A stretch of DNA of 37,922 nucleotides from Candidatus Tectimicrobiota bacterium (GCA_016192455.1 JACPUC010000015.1:62001-99922), one strand, 5' to 3'. Numbered from the stretch's first letter, positions 10,085-20,359 are shown. The notes: a model not told the origin generated them from the letters alone. Program-made: numbers and translations.

Positions 10085-10489
10085 GGTTCTTCCCTCCGTG
10101 GGCGGGTCAGCGAACGGCTGTATTGTACACCAACACGGCCCCGCCGGCTCCTTCAACTTCTGCCGCCGCGGGACGGAGCCACGCCGGCTGTCGAGGCTGT
10201 CGCGGCCGTCACTCCCTGCCCCAGCCGAGGCCGAGGAACGGAGCCGCCGCCGCGGCCCGCGCAGGGAGCATCGCAACTTGGCATCCCGCCTCCTTACCTT
10301 ACCGGTTCCACGTTGTCAGCGATCGCCTCATGGCTTGACACGGCTTGAACTCGGACGGCAGATGCCTCATCATGCCGTTCAGGAGCCTTGGAGGGGTGAG
10401 GCGGCTCCTAGCGACATCACAGCTCGCGCTTCGGTGTTGGCACGTACAGCGATCCTACCTCCCTTGCCTGGCGGATAAAGGAGCTTATT

Positions 10490-12667
10490 GTGCCGCAGCC
10501 TGCCGCCTGCCGGCTCCTGGCGCTGCTCGTGGCCTTGTGGTTGCCGGCCTGGCCCGCGCTCGCCCAGCTCCCGCTTCCGGGTCCACAACCGGACGCCTCC
10601 TCGCAAGCGCCCGCGGCACTCACCGGGAGGGTCTTCAACGCCCTCACCCTGGTGGGGATTCCCCTGGCGCGCGTGCGGGTTGAGCCGCTCGGCGCCTCGG
10701 TGAGCACCGATGTTGACGGCACCTTCTCGCTCGCGGTGCCGCCTGGCAGCTATGAGGTGCTCATCGAACAGGAGGCCGACCTCCCCGCGCCACCCCTCGG
10801 CTACGCTCTGCGCACGCGTCTTCCGAGAGTGCGCGTGGACGAGGCGGCCACCCACCTTGAGGTCTTCCTTACCCCCCTCTTCTCTGCCGAGCTGACGGCG
10901 CCGCCGGAACCGCTGACCTTGATCCCCGCCCGCGCCACCCTGCGCCTCGGCGAGGAGCAGACCTTTCGCGCCAACGGCGGCAGCGGCCTCTACCTCTGGC
11001 GGGTGAGCTCGGGGTCGCTGGACGTGGACCGCGGCGCGGTAGCCCGCTACACCGCCCCGGCCAGCGCCGGCAGCCATGCGGTGATCCTCTCCGACAGCGC
11101 CGGCAACGTCACCACGGCCCAGGTGCAGGTGACCAACACCCTCTTCATCACCCCGCTCCGCGCCACCCTCCGGCAGGGCGAGGAGAAGGCCTTCACCGCC
11201 ATCGGGGGCATCCCACCCTATAGCTGGGCCAGCTCCGCGGGGGACATTCTCGCCGCCTCCGGCGCCTCCGTCACCTATACGGCGCCGCGGCAGAGCGGCA
11301 GTCACACGCTGACGGTCACCGATGCCGCCAGCAGCCAAGCCGAGGCGACGGTGGAGACGATCCTGCCGCTCAGCATCACCCCTGCGTCCGCAGCCGTTGA
11401 ATTGGAGGGGAGCGCCGAGTTCGCGGTGGCGGGGGGGGTGGCTCCCTTCAGCGTCAGGGCCACGGCAGGCACGGTGAGCGGCCCGACGGAGGAGGGGACG
11501 ATCACCTTTGCGGCGCCCAACCTGGTGGGCAATCAGTCGCTCATCGTCACTGACAGCGCCGGGAACAACGTCAGCGCCCTGATCAGTGTCAGCCGGGGAC
11601 GCATCCGCGTCAGCCCGGCCAGCGCCGCGGTCGAGCCCGGCGAGGCCTTGCGGCTCTCCGCCCTGGGCGGCAGCGCACCGTACCGCTGGGGAGCGGAGGC
11701 GGGCTCCCTCAGCGCCGCGCTGGCGGAAGAAGAGGAACCGATCATCTACATCGCCCCGATCCTGGCGGGTCTCTTCAATGTCACCGTCACCGACAGCGCC
11801 GGCAGCGAAGCCCTGATCAGCATCAACGTCGCGCAGCCCCTGGCCGTCACCCCGCAAAGCGCCACCCTCGGTCTGGCGGAGGAGCACCTGTTCCTGGCGA
11901 GCGGGGGAAGCGGCACCTACACCTGGAGTGCGAGCGAAGGGGACCTCAGTTCCACGCAAGGCTCGGAAATACGCTACACGGCGCCGGCGAGCCGCAGCAT
12001 CAGCAGCCTCATCCTGACCGATTCCGCTGGCAACTCGGCCGTCGCCACCATCACCACCAGCCAAGGTCTGCGGATCACCCCCGCCACGGTGGCGCTGGGC
12101 CCCTCGCAAGAGAGCACCTTTTCGCTCGCCGGGGGCGTGCCACCCTACATCCTGCAAACCGAGGCCGGGCAGCTCAGCGCCTCCACGGTCGAGGAGAACC
12201 AGCTCTTCACCCACAGCGCCGCGGTTTTTCCTGGGAGGTACAAGCTGCGCGCCACGGACCGTGAAGGGACGCGGGCGGAGGCCGAGGTGGAGGTGGTGCC
12301 GCCGACGCTGACGCTCGCACCCTCCGAGACGCGGCTGCGCGCCGGCGACACGCTGACGCTCGCCGTTACCACGTCCGGGCGCGGCAACGTCGACCTGTAC
12401 GTGGGACTGCTCCTGCCCAGCGGGCAGCTCCTCTCCCTCGCGGCGGAGAACCAGTTCCACGAAGCCGGCGAGGTTCGACCCTTGCGCAGCAACGAGGAAA
12501 TCAGCGGCGAACAGACGCTGCGCGCTTTCAGCTTGGCCGTTCCTGCCCTTCCCGAGGAGCTGCGCGGCGACTACCGGGTTGTCGCCCTGCTCACGGCACC
12601 TGGGAGGGATCCCTTGCGCCTGGCGAATCACCTGGCGGTTGCGACGCTGACTCTGACGCTTGATTGA
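10490..12667 (+). CDS. Secreted protein with carboxypeptidase-regulatory-like N-domain and six Ig-like repeats
   Basis: GTG start after AAGGAG; Sec signal ending ALA|Q; LTGRVFNA...STDVDGTFSLAVPPGSY domain; six ~80-aa repeats (ITP.....GE...F.A.GG..PY.W....G......YTAP...G.....VTD.AG); C-terminal beta domain with VDLYVGL. Confidence 0.8.
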   Translation: MPQPAACRLLALLVALWLPAWPALAQLPLPGPQPDASSQAPAALTGRVFNALTLVGIPLARVRVEPLGASVSTDVDGTFSLAVPPGSYEVLIEQEADLPAPPLGYALRTRLPRVRVDEAATHLEVFLTPLFSAELTAPPEPLTLIPARATLRLGEEQTFRANGGSGLYLWRVSSGSLDVDRGAVARYTAPASAGSHAVILSDSAGNVTTAQVQVTNTLFITPLRATLRQGEEKAFTAIGGIPPYSWASSAGDILAASGASVTYTAPRQSGSHTLTVTDAASSQAEATVETILPLSITPASAAVELEGSAEFAVAGGVAPFSVRATAGTVSGPTEEGTITFAAPNLVGNQSLIVTDSAGNNVSALISVSRGRIRVSPASAAVEPGEALRLSALGGSAPYRWGAEAGSLSAALAEEEEPIIYIAPILAGLFNVTVTDSAGSEALISINVAQPLAVTPQSATLGLAEEHLFLASGGSGTYTWSASEGDLSSTQGSEIRYTAPASRSISSLILTDSAGNSAVATITTSQGLRITPATVALGPSQESTFSLAGGVPPYILQTEAGQLSASTVEENQLFTHSAAVFPGRYKLRATDREGTRAEAEVEVVPPTLTLAPSETRLRAGDTLTLAVTTSGRGNVDLYVGLLLPSGQLLSLAAENQFHEAGEVRPLRSNEEISGEQTLRAFSLAVPALPEELRGDYRVVALLTAPGRDPLRLANHLAVATLTLTLD

Positions 12668-12750
12668 GACTCGCGGGGGGGCAACGCCGACGCTTCTCGG
12701 CTGCCAGGCCCCTGGAGGGCACCGGGGTCGCGGGGAGGTCTGGGTCAAAC

Positions 12751-15700
12751 GTGAAGTTTTGGTCTGTCCTGGCAGTGATTCTGCTCATCACCTGGGGCGG
12801 CGCATCCATGGTGTCGGGCCCTCCCCCCGTTGCCGCACAGGAGCCACTGCCGCCGCCGCCCGGTGGGCTGCTGCCGCCGCCTCCCGGTGGGCTGCTGCCG
12901 CCGCCGCCCGGTGGGCTGCTGCCGCCGCCGCCCGGTGGGCTGCTGCCGCCGCCGCCCGGTGGGCTGCTGCCGCCGCCTCCCGGTGGGGCGCTGCCGCCAC
13001 CTCCCGGTGGGGCGCCGCTGCCCGGTGGGGCACCGCCGCCCGGCGGCCAGCCTCCGGGGCCTGGGGCTCCCCTTCCGGGTGGAGGCGGACCGCTGCCGCC
13101 GACCGGCCTGCCGCCACCCCCGCCGCGAGGCGGCTTCCCATCACCGGAGCTGCTGGGTGGAGGCCTGCCGCTGTTCCCTCCGCCGCCCGGCCCAGGCGGA
13201 CAGCCACTACCCGGGGGACCGCTGCCGGGAATGCCAGGAGAAGGGCCGCCACCCGCGGGATTTGCGCCTGGCGCGATTCCCCCGGGGGCGGGACGGCCAC
13301 CGGCTGTCTTCGCCCCTCCGGGGCTCTTCCCCGGTGGTCCGCCGGTGGAGTTTCGCCTGCCTCAGCCGCACCTCGAAGTGGCGGTGCCGCGGGACCTCTT
13401 CCTGCCGGCAGGGGAGCGTCCTATGCTCCCTGCCGGTCTTGAGATCCCTGGCCGATTCATGGTGCCGGAGGCACTGCTCACCGAGCAGGGTCGGGTGCGA
13501 CCTGAGTTCTTCGCCCTGCCTCCCAGACTCACCCTCCCGCCGGCCTTCGTGAATGCAGAGAACACCGTGCGGCCGGAGGTGTTCGTCTATCCAGCAGGGT
13601 TCATCCCGCCGGCGGGGGCGCGGCTGCCGAGGGATTTCTTCGGCCCTGAGCGGATGCCCGGTAGGGAGGCTCCGGAGAGGGTTGAACGCGTCCAGGCCGT
13701 CCGGGGCACGGTGACGGTCGCGGGGGCGCCCTTTGCGGGCGCCCGCGTCCGTCTGGAGCCGGGGGAGGTCCTCGCCACCACGGGCCCCGACGGTAGGTAC
13801 TTCGCCGCGGTGGCGGAGCCGGGCACCTTCTCGGTGCACCTCTCCCTCGACACGCAGCGCCACGATCTGGTCACCCTGGTGGCGCCGTCCGGGATAGCGC
13901 CGCCAGGCGCGCCGCGGCAGTTCGTCGAGCTGCGTCGCGACGCCGTGGTCGTGGCGGAGAACGACACCGTCGCTATCGACTTTGCGTTGTTCCCCGAACG
14001 CAGCCAGCAATTGCTGGATCAGCCTCTGCAGGAGCTTGAGGTCCAGCCTCGCAGCGCCACGTTGACGGGCGGCGAGGAGCAGACCTTCAGCGCCGCGCAC
14101 GGCACCGGCACGTATCGCTGGCACGCCACGCTGGGCAGCTTCAGTTCAACCTCCGACGCCGCCACGACCTACACCGCCCCCGCCTCCGCGGGGACGCACT
14201 TCGTCATCGTCAGCGATACCGCCGGCAATGTCGCCATGGCGAGGGTGGAGGTTACCAATCCCCTTACCATCACCCCCCGGCGCAGCACGGTGGCGCTCGG
14301 GGAAACCCAGGAGTTGACGGTCCTGGGCGGCCTCGGTCCTTACGTATGGTCGGCCTCGGCCGGCTCCTTCAGCGCGCCGGAAGGCTTCCAGGTCACCTAC
14401 CTCCCACCGGCGGTAGCCGGTGAGTACGAGGTCGTCGTCACGGACGCCGCCGGCAAGAGCGCCACCGCCGCCATCAGTGTGGTCCTGTCCCTCGCCCTTA
14501 CGCCGGCCAGCGCCACCCTGCAGATCGGGGAGAGCGTCACCTTCACCGCCAGCGGCGGCACCGGGGAGTATCGCTGGCGCACCTCCGCGGGAGAAGTTGA
14601 GCCGCTGACCGGCGAGCAGACGACCTATACGGCGCCGCAGCTTGTCAGTACGCAGTCGCTCATCGTCACGGATTCGGCGGGGAGCAGTGCCGTGGCCGTC
14701 ATCGCGGTGAGCAGCGGCACCCTGCGCGTCACCCCGGCCCTCGCCAACCTCGGCTTCCAGGCCAGTCAGGCGTTCAGCGCCACCGGCGGCGTGCCGCCGT
14801 ACGCTTGGACGGTGGCATCGGGGGGCTTGAGCGCCACCGAATCAGCGGAGGGGGAGGAGGTTACCTACACGGCGCCGTCCGTGGCCGGAGTGTACGAGAT
14901 CAACGTCACGGACCGGGCCGGGAACGCGGGCCTGGCGAGTGTGAACGTCAATCGCGCCTTGCGCATCAGCCCGGCGGCGGCGGTGGTGGAGCGCGGCGGC
15001 ACGAGCAGCTTCACCGCCCTCGGCGGCTCGGGGACGTACACCTGGTCGACAACTGGCGGTGAGCTGAGCGCCCTGAGCGGCTCTCCCGTGACCTACACCG
15101 CGCCCGACCTCAGCGGCAAGGAAAACATCATCCTCGCTGATACGGCGGGGAGCGTCGTCACCGCGGTGGTCGAGGTGATCGAGGCGCCGCTGCCGTCGCC
15201 GGATCGTCTCATCCTGGGACCGCAGGAGAGCTCGCGCCTCTCCGTGGCGGGTGGCCGCGCTCCCTACACGTGGCACGCTGAATCAGGCGATTTGAGCGCC
15301 ACCAGCGGCGACAGCATCATCCACACCGGCCCAGTGCTGAGCGGCAGCTACTTCGTGACGGTGATCGACAGCGAAGGCGTCGCCTCGCAGGTTCCCGTGA
15401 ACATCGTCTCCGGGGCCTCCCTGGTGGTTACCCCCAATCAGGAGCGCTACGCCGCGGGAGAGCTGCTGGAGATCATCGTCACCACGCTGGGGCGCGGCGT
15501 GGCCGACCTCTACGTACGGGTGGAACTGCCGGCCGGGACGCCGGTGAGCATCACGGAGTTGAACGAGTTCAGCGTCCCCGACGTGTCGCTTCCCTTCGGG
15601 AGCCCGGTTCTGCTGGTGCCGGTGGCTCAGGAAACCACCATCATCTCCGTGCCCCTGCCCGAGACCCTGGTCGGCGCGCTGGCGGGCGAGTACCGCGTCA

Positions 15701-15789
15701 CCGCCTCCCTGGTCGTTCCCGGCAGCGACTCGGCCCAGGCGAGGAACATCCTCGCCAGCGACAGCGCCGTCTTCGAGGTGGGCCAGTAG
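12751..15789 (+). CDS. Secreted proline-rich protein, paralog of the upstream Ig-repeat protein
   Basis: Likely GTG start at 12751 (VKFWSVLAVILLITWGG...VAA|QE). Long Pro/Gly-rich region, then the same architecture as the upstream gene, with an ADLYV C-terminal domain. Confidence 0.8.
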   Translation: MKFWSVLAVILLITWGGASMVSGPPPVAAQEPLPPPPGGLLPPPPGGLLPPPPGGLLPPPPGGLLPPPPGGLLPPPPGGALPPPPGGAPLPGGAPPPGGQPPGPGAPLPGGGGPLPPTGLPPPPPRGGFPSPELLGGGLPLFPPPPGPGGQPLPGGPLPGMPGEGPPPAGFAPGAIPPGAGRPPAVFAPPGLFPGGPPVEFRLPQPHLEVAVPRDLFLPAGERPMLPAGLEIPGRFMVPEALLTEQGRVRPEFFALPPRLTLPPAFVNAENTVRPEVFVYPAGFIPPAGARLPRDFFGPERMPGREAPERVERVQAVRGTVTVAGAPFAGARVRLEPGEVLATTGPDGRYFAAVAEPGTFSVHLSLDTQRHDLVTLVAPSGIAPPGAPRQFVELRRDAVVVAENDTVAIDFALFPERSQQLLDQPLQELEVQPRSATLTGGEEQTFSAAHGTGTYRWHATLGSFSSTSDAATTYTAPASAGTHFVIVSDTAGNVAMARVEVTNPLTITPRRSTVALGETQELTVLGGLGPYVWSASAGSFSAPEGFQVTYLPPAVAGEYEVVVTDAAGKSATAAISVVLSLALTPASATLQIGESVTFTASGGTGEYRWRTSAGEVEPLTGEQTTYTAPQLVSTQSLIVTDSAGSSAVAVIAVSSGTLRVTPALANLGFQASQAFSATGGVPPYAWTVASGGLSATESAEGEEVTYTAPSVAGVYEINVTDRAGNAGLASVNVNRALRISPAAAVVERGGTSSFTALGGSGTYTWSTTGGELSALSGSPVTYTAPDLSGKENIILADTAGSVVTAVVEVIEAPLPSPDRLILGPQESSRLSVAGGRAPYTWHAESGDLSATSGDSIIHTGPVLSGSYFVTVIDSEGVASQVPVNIVSGASLVVTPNQERYAAGELLEIIVTTLGRGVADLYVRVELPAGTPVSITELNEFSVPDVSLPFGSPVLLVPVAQETTIISVPLPETLVGALAGEYRVTASLVVPGSDSAQARNILASDSAVFEVGQ
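12847..13014 (+). repeat. Coding tandem repeat, 7 x 24 bp (LPPPPGG[L/A])
   Basis: Unit CTGCCGCCGCC(G/T)CCCGGTGGG(CTG/GCG) repeated head to tail with no spacers. Confidence 0.95.
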
Positions 15790-16163
15790 TTTACCGGCTG
15801 AAGCGCCGAGTTGGCGCCCCGCCTGGGTGGGGCGCATCAAGCAGAGGGTGGGCCTGGCGGCTTTCGCTCCTTCTGGGGGTCCCGCCGATCTCAGAACGAA
15901 CACGAAGAACTTCAGGGCGCAGATCTCAACTCCTCCTCACCGATGCAAACAAAGCCTCGTCAACGCTGAGCGTCCAAGAGGCGTCAACCAATCGGCGGCA
16001 GGCGAGACAACGGCCGCGGGAGCGCCCTATGGCGGCCGTTGTTCGCGCCGGAACGGTCCCGGCGGCGCGCCGGCGGCGATGCTGCTGAATAACCCAGGTC
16101 GCCTGGCTCCCCCCATCTCTCTCATCCCCCAACCTCCCTGCCAGCAAGGTACGTCTTCCCTGA

Positions 16164-16364
16164 CCAGTGTTACGTCACACAAATTCCATCCTTAATCGGA
16201 CGCCTTCTTCGGGCCATGTGGTGGGGGAGTTTTTGCGCAAGACCTTTGCTTCCCCACACCCCCAATCCCCGCGAGCTGCGCAGCAGCTCGCGTAGTCGGG
16301 GTGCGCGAGGGGGCGAGGCTCCCTCGCAAATTCTGGCGATAGAATTTGTGAAACAGCACACTGG
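16164..16364. mobile_element. ~200-bp MITE-like element, copy 1
   Basis: Imperfect terminal inverted repeats CCAGTGTTACGTCACACAAATT / AATTTGTGAAACAGCACACTGG (17/22); no ORF; homologous inverted copy at 33844-34050. Confidence 0.72.
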
Positions 16365-16592
16365 CCATGGCACAGCTACGGCATTCTCGGCAGCAGCTTC
16401 CTGGCGGCACCGCGAACCTGGGCGGGGCGCGCCCCGCGGCGAACGCCGGCATGCTTGCACGCCTGGGGCAGGTGCAGGAGATCGCCGCGACGCGGCACGA
16501 TGAGGGAGCAGCGCAGCCTCGACGTAGGAAGGTCGAAAAGGGGAGTCATAAGAAAGACTAATTTCATCTAATAAGTCTTTTCACAGATAATT

Positions 16593-16606
16593 TTGACAAC
16601 GGTCAA
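16593..16606. promoter_or_regulatory. FNR/CRP-family binding-site candidate upstream of the nxr/nar operon
   Basis: Perfect TTGAC-AACG-GTCAA (FNR consensus TTGAT-N4-ATCAA) in an AT-rich patch about 150 nt before the alpha-subunit ATG. A second inverted repeat AAAGACT-N14-AGTCTTT lies at 16553-16580. Confidence 0.65.
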
Positions 16607-16757
16607 TGTTTTACGGCCCGGAAGAGGGCATGAAAGAGCATACAGCTCTGAATGCCGCAGGCCTGCGAGCGCCAGTGGCGTCATGGCTGCCCAGGCATGA
16701 GCGAGTGGGTTTCAGGAGCGGCGGCGGAACCGAGCCCGGTGACGAAGGGGTAGTCCG

Positions 16758-19700
16758 ATGACCGAGGAGCAGAAGTCGAGTCAAGCATCGAGTGGGAGCG
16801 GACTGACACGGCGGAGTTTCTTCCAGGCTTCGGGGGGACTGGTGGCGGGGCTGGCGGCGCTCACGACCGGCGGGGCGCTGCGGTCGAAGCCGGCCTTGGC
16901 GGCCCGCACGTTGATCCCGGTCAGTCAGCAGCAGAATCCCCTGGAGAGCTATCCGAACCGCGTTTGGGAACATGTCTACCTCGATCAGTACTCTTATGAC
17001 AGCACCTTTGCCTGGGTCTGCTCGCCGAACGACACGCACGCCTGCCGCTTGCGGTCGTTCGTGAAGAACGGCGTCGTGCTGCGCAGCGAGCAGAACTACG
17101 ATTCGCATCGTCTCACCGACCTCTATGGCAACCAGGCGACGCGGGCCTGGCATCCACGCGGCTGCGGCAAGGGTCAAACGATGCACCGCCGCGTCTACGG
17201 TCCCTTCCGCCTCAAGTACCCCACGGTGCGGAGGGGGTGGAAAGCCTGGGCCGATGCGGGGTTTCCCTCCCTGTCCGACAATCCTGAGCTGCGCGACACC
17301 TTCAAGTTCACTTCCCGCGGCACCGACACCTTTGTGCGCCTCTCCTGGGAGGAGGCCTTCGACTACATCGCCCGCGGCGCGGTCGCCGTGGCCCAGACGT
17401 ATAGCGGCGTGGCGGGGCGCCGACGCCTCCTGGCGGATGGCTACCAGGCGGAGATGGTCGAGGAGACGCAGGGGGCCGGCACGCGCACGATGAAGCTGCG
17501 CGGCGGCATGGGGCTGCTGGGCGTCATCGGCAAGTACGGCATGTACCGTTTCGCCAACATGCTGGCCCTGCTCGATACGCACGTCCGCGGGGTTGGGCCG
17601 GACAAGGCGCTCGGCGGGCGCAACTGGTCGAACTACACCTGGCACGGCGATCAGGCGCCGGGCCAGCCGTTCGTGCACGGCCTGCAGGCGTCGGACTGCG
17701 ACTTCAACGACATGCGCAACACCAAGCTGCACGTCCAGGTGGGCAAGAACCTCGTCGAGAACAAGATGCCCGACAGCCACTGGTTCATCGAGACCATGGA
17801 GCGCGGCGCCAAGATCGTCGTCATCTCCCCGGAATACAGCCCACCCAGCACCAAGGCCGACTACTGGATCTCGGTGCGGCCCGGTCTCTCGGATACGGCG
17901 ATCTTCCTCGGCATCACCAAGTACCTCATGGACAAGAAGCTCTACGATGAGCCGTTCGTGAAGCAGTTCACCGACTTCCCGCTGCTGGTGCGCGCCGACA
18001 CGCTGAAGCGCCTGAAGGCCGCGGAGGTCTTCCCGAGCTACAAACCCGGCCTCGGCAAGGACGGCCCCAGCTACACCATCCAAAACCTGGCGGATGACCA
18101 GTACGCCAAGCTGGGCGACTTCGTCGTGGTGGAGAAGAAAGACGGCAAGCTGAAAGCGATCACGCGCGATGACATCGGCCAGCGCATGCTGCAGAAGGGG
18201 ATCGATCCGCTCCTTTCCTGGAAGGGGAAGGTGAAGCTGGTGAACGGCAGCGAGGTCGAGGTGATGACCCTGTGGGATATGTACGTCGTGCATCTGCGCG
18301 ACTACGACCTCGACACGGTGGCGGAAATCTGCGGCGCCCCGAAGGCCCTCATCGAGCGCCTGGCCAACGACATCGCCACCATCAAGCCGGTGGCCATCCA
18401 CATCGGCGAGGGGATCAACCACTGGTTCCACGCCACGTTGCACAACCGCGCCACCTACCTGCCGCTCATGCTGACGGGGAACATCGGCAAGCCCGGCGCC
18501 GGCTGCCATACCTGGGCGGGGAACTACAAGGCGGCCCTCTTCCAAAGCGCCCCCTGGTCGGGTCCCGGCTTCAAGGGATGGGTCGCCGAGGATGTCTTTG
18601 ACCCGCTCCTCGATGCCGGCGCGTCCGGCAAGGACATCAAGGTGAAGGGCCGCGCCAAGGACGAGGAGCCGGCCTACTGGGACCACGGCGATCAGGCCTT
18701 GATCGTGGAGACGCCGAAGTACGGCCGCAAGAACTTCACCGGCGCCTCGCACATGCCCACGCCGACGAAGTTCCTTTGGTTCAACAACGTCAATCTCTTC
18801 AACAATGCCAAGTGGGCCTACGGCGTTTTGAAGAACGTCAATCCCAAGATCGACCTGATCGTCAACCAGGATATCGAGATCACCGCCACCGGCGAGTACT
18901 CCGACTTCAACCTGCCGGCCAACTCCTGGATGGAGTTCCAGGTGCCCGAGATCACCGCCTCCTGCTCCAACCCCTTCCTACAGATCTGGGGCGGCAAGGG
19001 GATCAAACCCCTCTACGACAGCAAGGATGACGTCCTCATCATCGCCGGCGTCGCCAAGCGGCTCGGGGAAGTGCTCGGAGACGCGCGCTTCGCCGACTAC
19101 TGGAAGTTTGTCCTGGAGGGGCGTCCCGAAGTCTACATGCAACGACTGCTCGAGAGTTCCACCACCACCGCCGGCTACACCGTTCAGGACATCAATGCGG
19201 GCAAGTACGGCGAGCCCGGCGCCGCCCTCATGCTCTTCCGCACCTACCCGCGGGTGCCTTTCTGGGAACAGCTCCAGGAGAACATCCCGTTCTACACCGA
19301 CACGGGACGGCTGCACGCCTACTGCGACATCCCCGAGGCGATCGCCTATGGCGAGAACTTTATCGTGCATCGGGAAGGGCCGGAGGCCACGCCGTACCTG
19401 CCGAACGTCATCGTCTCCACCAACCCGTACATCCGCCCGGACAACTACGGCTTCACGGCGGACATGGTGCAGCGGGCCGTCCTCGATGCCGACATCCGCA
19501 CCGTGGCCAACAACAAACTGTCATGGGCCGACACGAAGAAGAGCAAGAACCCGCTCTGGGAGCAGGGCTTTAACTTCTACATCATCACCCCGAAGACCCG
19601 GCACCGCGTGCACTCCCAGTGGAGCATGGACGATCTGCATATGGTGTGGGATTCGAACTTCGGCGATGCCTACCGCAGAGACAAGCGCACCGTCGGCACG

Positions 19701-20291
19701 GGCGAGCACCAGATGCACATCAACCCGCAGGCCGCCAAGGACCTCGGCCTCGAGGACGGCGACTACGTCTACGTGGATGCCAATCCCGCCGACCGTCCGT
19801 ACCTCGGCCACTCTCCCCAAGACCCCTTCTACAAAGTGGCGCGGCTGATGCTGCGGGTGCGGTACAACCCCGCTTACCCATACCACGTCCTCATGATGAA
19901 GCACTCGCCGTTCATGGCCACCGAGCGCAGCGTCAAGGCCCACGAGACGCGGCCCGACGGGCGCGCCCTCTCCGCCGACACCGGCTACCAGGCGAACCTG
20001 CGCTACGGATCGCACCAGAGCATCACGCGCGACTGGGCGATGCCGATGCACCAGACGGACAGCCTCTTCCACAAGGCCAAGGTGGCGATGAGCTTCATGT
20101 TCGGCGGCGAGGCCGATAACCACGCCATCAACACCGTTCCCAAGGAGACCCTGGTGCGCGTCGTGAAGGCCGAGCCGGGGGGGCTGAACGGCAAGGGGGC
20201 GTGGCTGCCGGCGACCACGGGCAATACTCCCAGCCACGAAAACGCCTTCATGAAGCGCTACCTCGAGGGTGACCTGATCCGCAGCGTCTAG
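16758..20291 (+). CDS. nxrA: Periplasmic nitrite oxidoreductase / nitrate reductase alpha subunit (type II DMSO reductase family, NXR-like)
   Basis: Tat signal GLTRRSFFQ; FS0 motif CSPNDTHAC...PRGC; RGGMGLLGVIGKYGMYRF and GGRNWSNYTWHGDQAPG (Mo-ligand Asp region); TPKTRHRVHSQW; NHAINTVPKET. Reaction direction is not determinable from sequence. Confidence 0.88.
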   Translation: MTEEQKSSQASSGSGLTRRSFFQASGGLVAGLAALTTGGALRSKPALAARTLIPVSQQQNPLESYPNRVWEHVYLDQYSYDSTFAWVCSPNDTHACRLRSFVKNGVVLRSEQNYDSHRLTDLYGNQATRAWHPRGCGKGQTMHRRVYGPFRLKYPTVRRGWKAWADAGFPSLSDNPELRDTFKFTSRGTDTFVRLSWEEAFDYIARGAVAVAQTYSGVAGRRRLLADGYQAEMVEETQGAGTRTMKLRGGMGLLGVIGKYGMYRFANMLALLDTHVRGVGPDKALGGRNWSNYTWHGDQAPGQPFVHGLQASDCDFNDMRNTKLHVQVGKNLVENKMPDSHWFIETMERGAKIVVISPEYSPPSTKADYWISVRPGLSDTAIFLGITKYLMDKKLYDEPFVKQFTDFPLLVRADTLKRLKAAEVFPSYKPGLGKDGPSYTIQNLADDQYAKLGDFVVVEKKDGKLKAITRDDIGQRMLQKGIDPLLSWKGKVKLVNGSEVEVMTLWDMYVVHLRDYDLDTVAEICGAPKALIERLANDIATIKPVAIHIGEGINHWFHATLHNRATYLPLMLTGNIGKPGAGCHTWAGNYKAALFQSAPWSGPGFKGWVAEDVFDPLLDAGASGKDIKVKGRAKDEEPAYWDHGDQALIVETPKYGRKNFTGASHMPTPTKFLWFNNVNLFNNAKWAYGVLKNVNPKIDLIVNQDIEITATGEYSDFNLPANSWMEFQVPEITASCSNPFLQIWGGKGIKPLYDSKDDVLIIAGVAKRLGEVLGDARFADYWKFVLEGRPEVYMQRLLESSTTTAGYTVQDINAGKYGEPGAALMLFRTYPRVPFWEQLQENIPFYTDTGRLHAYCDIPEAIAYGENFIVHREGPEATPYLPNVIVSTNPYIRPDNYGFTADMVQRAVLDADIRTVANNKLSWADTKKSKNPLWEQGFNFYIITPKTRHRVHSQWSMDDLHMVWDSNFGDAYRRDKRTVGTGEHQMHINPQAAKDLGLEDGDYVYVDANPADRPYLGHSPQDPFYKVARLMLRVRYNPAYPYHVLMMKHSPFMATERSVKAHETRPDGRALSADTGYQANLRYGSHQSITRDWAMPMHQTDSLFHKAKVAMSFMFGGEADNHAINTVPKETLVRVVKAEPGGLNGKGAWLPATTGNTPSHENAFMKRYLEGDLIRSV

Positions 20292-20303
20292 GCGCCGAGC
20301 TGC

Positions 20304-20330
20304 CGGGGCGCCCGCCGCCTGGGCGCCCCG
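20304..20330 (+). other. GC-rich hairpin between the alpha gene and the small ORF
   Basis: Perfect 10-bp stem CGGGGCGCCC/GGGCGCCCCG with a 7-nt loop and no U-tract; possibly an mRNA stability element. Confidence 0.45.
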
Positions 20331-20359
20331 CGCGGCGCGCCGGAGGAGGGGAGATCGCC

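Noticed and set aside
12847-13014. 24-bp repeats as a CRISPR array
   Set aside because: Units are head to tail with no spacers, in frame within a CDS, and no cas genes are present.
16758-20291. Calling the host a nitrite oxidiser or anammox bacterium
   Set aside because: Enzyme direction and host physiology cannot be read from this operon, and no hzs, hao or carbon-fixation genes are in the window.
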